Shown here: piece after piece, positions 1-4,940 of the stretch
How positions within the stretch are numbered: position 1 is the stretch's first letter
Layout of the letters: each line of letters opens with the position of its first letter
From: a virus
Taxonomy: Duplodnaviria; Heunggongvirae; Uroviricota; Caudoviricetes
Reading direction: 5' to 3' (one strand)
DNA: 4,940 nucleotides
Virus record (IMG/VR): IMGVR_UViG_2913177423_000007
Position numbers and translations under genes: made by a program
Notes under the pieces: model-generated
What the model saw: the letters and a program-made list of their open reading frames with translations, nothing else
What the model was told of the DNA's origin: nothing
Database searches by the model: none

Positions 1-837
1 GAATTACCGATCCACTACAAAATTGAGCAGACCGAAGACGGCAGGCATTATGTCGCGGGGCTTGGCCTCAGCATGGAGGATACAGAGGAAGGCAAACTGA
101 GCCAGTTCCTGGTTGCCGCTAACCGTATCGCGTTTATTGACCCGGCAAACGGGAATGAAACGCCAATGTTTGTAGCGCAGGGCAACCAGATATTCATGAA
201 CGAAGTGTTCCTGAAGTATCTGACGGCTCCCACCATTACCAGCGGCGGCAATCCGCCGGTATTTTCCCTGACACCGGACGGGCGGTTGACGGCGAAAAAT
301 GCCGATATCAGCGGTAACGTGAATGCGAACTCCGGGACGCTCAACAACGTCACGATAAATGAGAACTGTACGATTAAGGGAATGCTCGAGGCTACTCAGG
401 TCAAAGGTGACTTCGTTAAAGCTGTATCTAAGCCATTCCCGAAAAAAACTGGCTCGTGGGGCAATACGGAAACACCAGGCGGGACGGTTACAGTCACCAT
501 TTACGATGATCATAACTTTGACCGCCAAATCATTATTCCGCCCATTATTTTTAACGGTATGGCGTATGACGATCCGGGGAGCGGTAATAACCCGGGAGGT
601 ACGCGATACACGGGTTATGGTTTTGAAGTTCGCAAAAACGGCGTATTAATCGCATCCAGAGAAACTAAAGGGGCCATTCCCGGTAGTTACAGTGCGGTTA
701 TTGATATGCCGAGTGGTGGTGGTAGCGTCACTCTGGAGTTTAAGATTTTCCAGAAAGGCAATCAGGGCGCAGGTAACATCACAGACTGTACGGTGATTGT
801 GACCAAAAAAGCTGCTTCCGGTATCAGTATCCGTTGA
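1..837 (+). CDS. C-terminal 278 codons of a large tail protein, 5'-truncated by the window edge; most likely the distal part of a J-like host specificity (central tail fibre) protein
   Basis: Frame 1 is open from nt 1 with no stop until TGA at 835-837. The ORF track entry 73..837 is just the first in-frame Met. The protein is Gly/Asn/Thr-rich, like beta-rich fibre distal domains. It sits directly upstream of an Stf homologue, as J does in lambdoid phages. The J assignment rests on synteny and general character, not on a recognised motif. Confidence 0.7.
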   Translation, partial: ELPIHYKIEQTEDGRHYVAGLGLSMEDTEEGKLSQFLVAANRIAFIDPANGNETPMFVAQGNQIFMNEVFLKYLTAPTITSGGNPPVFSLTPDGRLTAKNADISGNVNANSGTLNNVTINENCTIKGMLEATQVKGDFVKAVSKPFPKKTGSWGNTETPGGTVTVTIYDDHNFDRQIIIPPIIFNGMAYDDPGSGNNPGGTRYTGYGFEVRKNGVLIASRETKGAIPGSYSAVIDMPSGGGSVTLEFKIFQKGNQGAGNITDCTVIVTKKAASGISIR

Positions 838-856
838 AATATTTATAACCCCAATA

Positions 857-886
857 CGGGCGCCAGAAATGGCGCCTTTTTTATTT
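857..886 (+). terminator. Rho-independent terminator-like hairpin between the J-like gene and stf
   Basis: GGCGCC (859-864) and GGCGCC (871-876) form a perfect 6-bp GC stem around a 6-nt loop AGAAAT, followed by TTTTTTATTT (877-886). It lies 20 nt after the upstream stop codon. Confidence 0.6.
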
Positions 887-897
887 GTGGAGTGAGT

Positions 898-3273
898 ATG
901 GCAGTACAGATTTCAGGTGTGCTGAAAGATGGTGCGGGAAAACCAATACAGAACTGCACTATTCAACTGAAGGCAAAGCGTAACAGCACCACGGTACTGG
1001 TGAACACGGTGGCCTCTGAAAATCCTGATGAAGCCGGGCGTTACAGCATGGATGTTGAGTATGGCCAGTACAGCGTCACCCTGTTGGTTGAAGGTTTTCC
1101 GCCTTCACATGCCGGGACCATTACCGTCTATGAAGGTTCCAGACCAGGTACGCTGAATGATTTTCTCGGTGCCATGACGGAAGAGGATGTCATGCCGGAG
1201 GCATTGCGTCGTTTTGAGGAAATGGTGGAAGAAGCGGCACGCAACGCCGAAGCCGCCTCTCAGAGCGCAGCGGCGGCAAAGAAATCCGAAACTGCAGCGG
1301 CTTCATCGAAGAACGCGGCGAAAACCTCAGAAACGAATGCAGCTAACAGCGCACAGGCGGCAGCGTCCTCGCAGACTGCATCGGCAAACTCCGCGACAGC
1401 AGCCAAAAAATCAGAAACCAACGCGAAAAACAGCGAGACAGCCGCAAAGACGAGCGAAACCAACGCAAAGTCCAGCCAGACGGCAGCGAAAACCAGCGAA
1501 ACGAATGCCAAAGCCAGTGAAACTGCGGCGAAAAGCAGTCAGGATGCAGCAGCTGAAAGCGAGAGTGCGGCGGCCGGTTCTGCGACTTCAGCAGCCGGAT
1601 CAGCAACTGCTGCGGCTAACAGCCAGAAAGCTGCGAAGACGAGCGAAACTAACGCAAAGTCCAGCCAGACGGCAGCGAAGATCAGCGAAACGAATGCTAA
1701 AGCCAGTGAAACTGCGGCGAAAAGCAGTCAGGATGCAGCGGCCCAAAGCGAGAGTGCCGCAGCTGGTTCTGCAAGTGCGGCTGCTGCTTCTGCCACTGCA
1801 GCAGCCAACAGTCAAAAAGCAGCAAAAACCAGTGAAAACAACGCAAAGGCGAGCGAGACTGCGGCGGCTAACTCGGCGAAAGCATCCGCTGCAAGCCAGA
1901 CGGCTGCAAAAGCAAGTGAAGACGCAGCCAGAGAGTATGCAAGCCAGGCTGCGGAGCCGTATAAACAAGTTTTGCAGCCGCTTCCCGATGTGTGGATACC
2001 GTTTAACGATTCACTGGATATGCTTGCTGGCTTTTCGCCTGGTTATAAGCAAATAACTGTAGGTTATGATGTTATTAAAATGCCATCCGATAAGGTTGTT
2101 AGCTTCAAACGCGCATCAGGTGCAACATACATTAATAAATCAGGAGTATTAACCGTTGCTGAAGTTGACGAACCGCGATTTGAACGAGAAGGTTTGCTGA
2201 TTGAAGGACAAAGAACCAACTATCATCTTAATTCACTTACACCATCTAAGTGGGGAGCTACAACAAGTGTAACTATAACAGAAAGTGGTGTTGATGAGTT
2301 TGGCTTTACTTATGGGCGGTTTCAAATAAAGGACGAAAAAATTGGGACAAATACGACAATGAATATCGCTGCGGTTTCAGGAGGAAGAGGTGTCGATGTT
2401 ACTGGAACTGAAAAGTATGTTACAACATCATGTCGTGTAAAAAGCGATAGTGCTAATATACAATGTCGTATAAGATTTGAAAGATATGACGGGTCCGCAT
2501 ATTTTTATCTGGCAGATGCATATCTTAATATAACAGATATGTCCATTAGAAAAACGGGAGGAGGGGCTGCAAGAATAACCGCCCGAGCGGAGAAAGAATC
2601 TAATGGATGGATTTATTTCGAGGTTACATATCAATCTGAAGCTATTGATAATATGGTTGGCTCTCAGATCCAAATTGCTCCACCTGTTTCACCTGGAACT
2701 TATTTGGGCGGGGAATATTTGGATGTTACGACACCACAATTTGAAGGCGGCTCATGCGCATCATCTTTTATCATTTCCGATACAGTTGCATCAACGCGAG
2801 CAAGCGATATTGTTACATTGCCTTGCAAAAATAACATGACCAGCAAACCTTTAACCTGCATGGTTGAAGTGAATAAAAATTGGTCTATAGCACCAAATTC
2901 CGCGCCTAGAATTTATGATATAACAGGATTTAAAACAAAAGACGACGCTTTTGTTTTTGCATTCAGAAATACAGCAGGTAGTGTAGGAACTCCATATGTT
3001 CAATTTGGTAATCCAATATCATTTCCACCTGGAAATTACCCAAGAAAGATTATCGCTGTATATAGAATAAAAAGCGATGGCAAGTTTCAGGCTGGCTGCA
3101 ATGGGGTTTTATCAACACCAGCATCAACAACGTGGAAGAGTGTTAATGGTGCTACAGGTATAAGGATTGGAGGTCAGACTACAGCCGGCTTACGTCATTT
3201 ATTTGGTCATATCAGGAATTTTAGAATATGGCATAAAGAATTAACCGATGCGCAAATGGGAGAGGTAATATAA
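898..3273 (+). CDS. stf: Side tail fibre protein, 791 aa: lambda Stf-like N-terminal region, Ala/Ser/Thr/Lys-rich repetitive shaft, divergent AT-rich C-terminal distal region
   Basis: The N-terminus MAVQISGVLKDGAGKPIQNCTIQLKAKRNSTTV...GRYSMDVEYGQYSV...GFPPSHAGTITVYE...PGTLNDFL closely matches my recollection of lambda Stf (MAVKISGVLKDGTGKPVQNCTIQLKARRNSTT...). The following KTSETNA(K/R)SS repeats are also as in lambda Stf. ATG at 898 is preferred over the track's GTG at 892 because GGAG at 889-892 gives a 5-nt spacer. Stop is TAA at 3271-3273. Confidence 0.9.
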   Translation: MAVQISGVLKDGAGKPIQNCTIQLKAKRNSTTVLVNTVASENPDEAGRYSMDVEYGQYSVTLLVEGFPPSHAGTITVYEGSRPGTLNDFLGAMTEEDVMPEALRRFEEMVEEAARNAEAASQSAAAAKKSETAAASSKNAAKTSETNAANSAQAAASSQTASANSATAAKKSETNAKNSETAAKTSETNAKSSQTAAKTSETNAKASETAAKSSQDAAAESESAAAGSATSAAGSATAAANSQKAAKTSETNAKSSQTAAKISETNAKASETAAKSSQDAAAQSESAAAGSASAAAASATAAANSQKAAKTSENNAKASETAAANSAKASAASQTAAKASEDAAREYASQAAEPYKQVLQPLPDVWIPFNDSLDMLAGFSPGYKQITVGYDVIKMPSDKVVSFKRASGATYINKSGVLTVAEVDEPRFEREGLLIEGQRTNYHLNSLTPSKWGATTSVTITESGVDEFGFTYGRFQIKDEKIGTNTTMNIAAVSGGRGVDVTGTEKYVTTSCRVKSDSANIQCRIRFERYDGSAYFYLADAYLNITDMSIRKTGGGAARITARAEKESNGWIYFEVTYQSEAIDNMVGSQIQIAPPVSPGTYLGGEYLDVTTPQFEGGSCASSFIISDTVASTRASDIVTLPCKNNMTSKPLTCMVEVNKNWSIAPNSAPRIYDITGFKTKDDAFVFAFRNTAGSVGTPYVQFGNPISFPPGNYPRKIIAVYRIKSDGKFQAGCNGVLSTPASTTWKSVNGATGIRIGGQTTAGLRHLFGHIRNFRIWHKELTDAQMGEVI
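1260..1930 (+). repeat. Low-complexity coding repeat region (the Stf shaft) with roughly 7/14-residue periodicity
   Basis: Translation is dominated by reiterated motifs such as KTSETNAKSSQTAA, KTSETNAKASETAA and KSSQDAAAESESAA. The reverse strand stays open here only because of GCN-rich codons. Confidence 0.8.
1441..1818 (+). repeat. In-frame tandem duplication, 2 x 189 bp (63 codons each): copy 1 at 1441-1629, copy 2 at 1630-1818, with a degenerate partial third copy from 1819 to about 1866
   Basis: Direct alignment in the sequence: gccgcaaagacgagcgaaaccaacgcaaagtccagccagacggcagcgaa... at 1441 against gctgcgaagacgagcgaaactaacgcaaagtccagccagacggcagcgaa... at 1630. The first ~110 nt of each copy are near-identical. 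Differences are mostly synonymous third-position changes. Confidence 0.85.
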
Positions 3274-3554
3274 TGCGAGATTTAATTATCAAATTCACAG
3301 ACAAGGCCGACTTTTCGGCCTTTATGGATAGCATTGGTTATTATGATGACGAGATGATGCAGAACGATGTTCTCATTGATGTAATAGGTGACGTATACAA
3401 AGAAACAGGCGAACTTACTGAAGATGGCGAGCCGGTATGTGTTAAGGAAGACGGATATTTTGTAAACGTGCGCATCATTAATGATTCGCAAATATCGTCA
3501 TTATTCGATGAATACGCGGTTGCTGTTGAGCATCAACTTCGTGGCTGGATGTGA
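3273..3554 (+). CDS. Hypothetical small acidic protein, 93 aa, translationally coupled to stf; function unknown
   Basis: Its ATG at 3273-3275 overlaps the stf stop TAA at 3271-3273 (TAATG). GGGAGAGG at 3258-3265 is a Shine-Dalgarno sequence 7 nt upstream. The protein is Asp/Glu-rich with no predicted transmembrane segment. I recognise no family and see no resemblance to lambda Tfa. Confidence 0.6.
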   Translation: MRDLIIKFTDKADFSAFMDSIGYYDDEMMQNDVLIDVIGDVYKETGELTEDGEPVCVKEDGYFVNVRIINDSQISSLFDEYAVAVEHQLRGWM

Positions 3555-3563
3555 GGAAGAAAA

Positions 3564-4604
3564 ATGGCTACATCGACAGTAATTCCTGATGACATCAAAA
3601 CGCTAAAATCCGATGTTAGCAAATTAAAAAACGATCAAGGAAGCTACGTAACAAAATCATATGTAGACAGCAAAAATGAAACCGTTAATGACTGGTCTGC
3701 TGCATGGTATCAGCAGGTACTGCCAACTAGCGGAGCTATATTTGGGCGAAAACTTCGCTCAACTCACAGGACGGCAGGTGTTGAGGATGCGTATTGCGAA
3801 CTATACCTTAAAAAATGGATAGACAGCCCAGGGAACGCAATGGCGCGCCTTAACCTGAACGATAACGGTGAAAATATTTGCTGGGATTTTACCAACCTTT
3901 ACGGCGGAACAATGATCTTCCCTGGTACTTCAGGTTATCTGAAAATGGGGAACTGTCTCATGTCGTATGGTGTGCGGGGAAGTAACGCGCTTATTAAGTT
4001 TGATAATACAGACACATTACAAATCAAATACGCTAATCATGGGTCAACCATGACATTAAACACACAGGGAACCGCTCACGCTGGCGTAACAACTCGACTA
4101 TGGGGCAATTCTAGCCGTCCGGTTGTTTATGAAGTTGGCGTAGATGAGGCTCTGTATATGTTCTACGCACAGAAAACTACCAGCAATACCTACGAATTAA
4201 CGGTTAACGGCGCGTGCAATGCAAGTGCATTTAATCAAGGCTCTGACCGGGATCTGAAAGACAACATTCAGGTGATCGATAATGCAACTGACCGCATCCG
4301 TAAAATGAACGGCTATACATACACGCTTAAAGAAAACGGTATGCCCTATGCTGGTGTCATTGCACAGGAAGCTCTGGAAGCCATCCCCGAAGCCGTAGGG
4401 TCTATGATGAAATATCCAGACGGTGGGAGTGGATTAGATGGAGAAGAAGGTGAACGGTATTACACTGTAGATTATTCTGGTGTTACTGGCTTGCTTGTTC
4501 AGGTAGCCAGAGAGTCAGACGACAGAATAACAGCACTGGAAGAAGAAAACGCAGAATTAAGACAAAGGTTATCTGCAATTGAGGCGGCGCTTGCGTCTAA
4601 ATAA
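3564..4604 (+). CDS. Short tail fibre/tailspike-like protein, 346 aa, with a C-terminal peptidase S74-type intramolecular chaperone autoproteolytic domain
   Basis: ATG at 3564 has AGGA at 3554-3557 six nt upstream. The C-terminal region reads ...NQG-SDRDLKDNIQVIDNATDRIRKMNGYTYTLKENGMPYAGVIAQEALEAIPEAV...RITALEEENAELRQRLSAIEAALASK. This matches the S-D-x-R-L-K ... GxIAQEλ..λPEAV signature of the chaperone domain of phage K1F endosialidase and T5 L-shaped tail fibre, and ends in a coiled-coil-like tail. Stop is TAA at 4602-4604. Confidence 0.8.
   Translation: MATSTVIPDDIKTLKSDVSKLKNDQGSYVTKSYVDSKNETVNDWSAAWYQQVLPTSGAIFGRKLRSTHRTAGVEDAYCELYLKKWIDSPGNAMARLNLNDNGENICWDFTNLYGGTMIFPGTSGYLKMGNCLMSYGVRGSNALIKFDNTDTLQIKYANHGSTMTLNTQGTAHAGVTTRLWGNSSRPVVYEVGVDEALYMFYAQKTTSNTYELTVNGACNASAFNQGSDRDLKDNIQVIDNATDRIRKMNGYTYTLKENGMPYAGVIAQEALEAIPEAVGSMMKYPDGGSGLDGEEGERYYTVDYSGVTGLLVQVARESDDRITALEEENAELRQRLSAIEAALASK
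4242..4601 (+). other. Predicted S74 intramolecular chaperone domain (residues 227-346), with putative catalytic Ser227 (nt 4242-4244) and Lys232 (nt 4257-4259)
   Basis: SDRDLK is encoded by tct gac cgg gat ctg aaa at 4242-4259, with the Ser-to-Lys spacing of five residues recalled for the endosialidase dyad. The downstream GVIAQEALEAIPEAV block fits the family. Self-cleavage would leave a mature protein of about 226 residues. Confidence 0.65.
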
Positions 4605-4610
4605 TATTAA

Positions 4611-4633
4611 GGGGCCGAGCGCCCCGTTTTATT
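4611..4633 (+). terminator. Rho-independent terminator after the S74-domain fibre gene
   Basis: GGGGC (4611-4615) pairs with GCCCC (4621-4625) around a 5-nt loop CGAGC, followed by GTTTTATT (4626-4633). It starts 7 nt after the stop codon. Confidence 0.6.
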
Positions 4634-4646
4634 GGGTAGGATGAAA

Positions 4647-4940
4647 ATGGATATAACACCTTTCCTTCATGCGCTTTGTGCTGTGGCTGCGCAGCTACTG
4701 ATTGGTCTTTTTACCGGGAACTGGGCTTACGGAGCGATAGCCGGTTGTACGTTCTTCATTGCGCGTGAACACACCCAGGCAGAATATCGCTGGATTGAAA
4801 TGTTCGGGCATGGCAAGCGGATTAACATGCCGTGGTGGGGCGGTTTTGATCCACGCGCGTGGGATGTAGCAAGCCTGATGGATTTTTCTGTGCCGGTGGT
4901 GGCGTGTCTGCTGGTCTGGGTATTTATCCGTTCAACATAA
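4647..4940 (+). CDS. Small hydrophobic protein of about 97 aa, predicted integral membrane protein of unknown function; possible moron or accessory gene
   Basis: ATG at 4647 is preceded by AGGA at 4638-4641 with a 5-nt spacer. An in-frame ATG at 4641 is an alternative; the track's TTG start at 4632 lies inside the terminator T-tract and is unlikely. Hydrophobic stretches ITPFLHALCAVAAQLLIGLF, WAYGAIAGCTFFIA and FSVPVVACLLVWVFI suggest 2-3 transmembrane helices. Stop TAA is at 4938-4940, the last three bases of the window. GC is about 50-60%. Confidence 0.55.
   Translation: MDITPFLHALCAVAAQLLIGLFTGNWAYGAIAGCTFFIAREHTQAEYRWIEMFGHGKRINMPWWGGFDPRAWDVASLMDFSVPVVACLLVWVFIRST

Noticed and set aside
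4-528. Minus-strand ORFs 4..528 (174 aa) and 48..353 (101 aa)
   Set aside because: They lie antisense to the open J-like reading frame, which is continuous from nt 1 and syntenic with stf. They have no plausible start context and are most likely shadow ORFs.
359-649. Internal + strand ORFs 359..649 and 2603..2839, and minus-strand ORFs 2428..2673 and 3282..3491
   Set aside because: They are short, embedded in or antisense to well-supported CDSs, and lack Shine-Dalgarno sequences. In the AT-rich region the antisense ORFs are Ile/Asn/Phe-rich, as expected from composition alone.
1441-1818. The tandem repeat as a diversity-generating retroelement template/variable repeat pair
   Set aside because: Mismatches between the copies are mostly synonymous third-position changes of mixed type, not adenine-specific. 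Both copies are in-frame inside the shaft rather than at the gene's 3' end, and no reverse transcriptase is in the window.
1187-2056. Alternative-frame + strand ORF 1187..2056 (289 aa, extremely Arg/Gln/Lys-rich) and minus-strand ORFs 1260..1511, 1343..1606 and 1600..1968
   Set aside because: All lie within the GCN-rich Stf repeat region, where stop codons are depleted in every frame. The translations are low-complexity and there are no ribosome-binding sites. The stf frame has the recognisable lambda Stf sequence.
2000-3560. Invertible tail-fibre segment of the Gin/Pin/Cin type, as in Mu G or e14
   Set aside because: I could not find flanking inverted repeats or a gix/hix-like crossover site by eye. 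There is no oppositely oriented alternative fibre C-terminus and no invertase gene in the window. Only a computational inverted-repeat search could rule it out fully.
4579-4607. Possible sigma70 promoter for the membrane-protein gene (TTGAGG at 4579-4584, 17-nt spacer, TAATAT at 4602-4607)
   Set aside because: Both hexamers are weak matches, and the element lies inside the 3' end of the upstream CDS just before the terminator hairpin. A transcript from it would have to read through that hairpin. Not supportable without data.
892-4646. ORF-track start codons GTG at 892 (stf) and TTG at 4632 (membrane protein)
   Set aside because: In both cases an in-frame ATG lies a few codons downstream with a better-placed Shine-Dalgarno sequence. 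The ATG at 898 also reproduces the lambda Stf N-terminus MAV(K/Q)ISGVLKDG, and the TTG at 4632 lies within the terminator T-tract.
4647-4940. The small membrane protein as a holin
   Set aside because: Its size and transmembrane count are compatible, but it sits next to tail-fibre genes with no endolysin or spanin nearby, and it does not resemble lambda S as I recall it. A holin call is unsupported.

Overview
This window looks like the distal tail-fibre region of a lambdoid (lambda-like) siphovirus or prophage from an enterobacterial host, with all genes on the + strand. It contains the 3' end of a J-like host-specificity gene (1-837), a hairpin terminator, a lambda Stf-like side tail fibre gene (898-3273), a translationally coupled 93-aa acidic ORF (3273-3554), a short fibre-like protein with a C-terminal S74-type intramolecular chaperone domain (3564-4604), a second terminator, and a small predicted membrane protein (4647-4940). 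The Stf gene is mosaic: its N-terminal third is clearly lambda Stf-like and GC-rich, while its C-terminal half, the 93-aa ORF and the start of the next gene are AT-rich and non-lambda. No Tfa (tail fibre assembly) or Lom homologue is present. The most interesting candidate is the three-gene module of swapped Stf distal domain, unknown coupled ORF and short self-chaperoned fibre, which may be an undescribed receptor-binding arrangement. All GC values are hand counts on sampled 60-nt lines, and no homology search was possible, so family assignments rest on recalled sequence and motifs.
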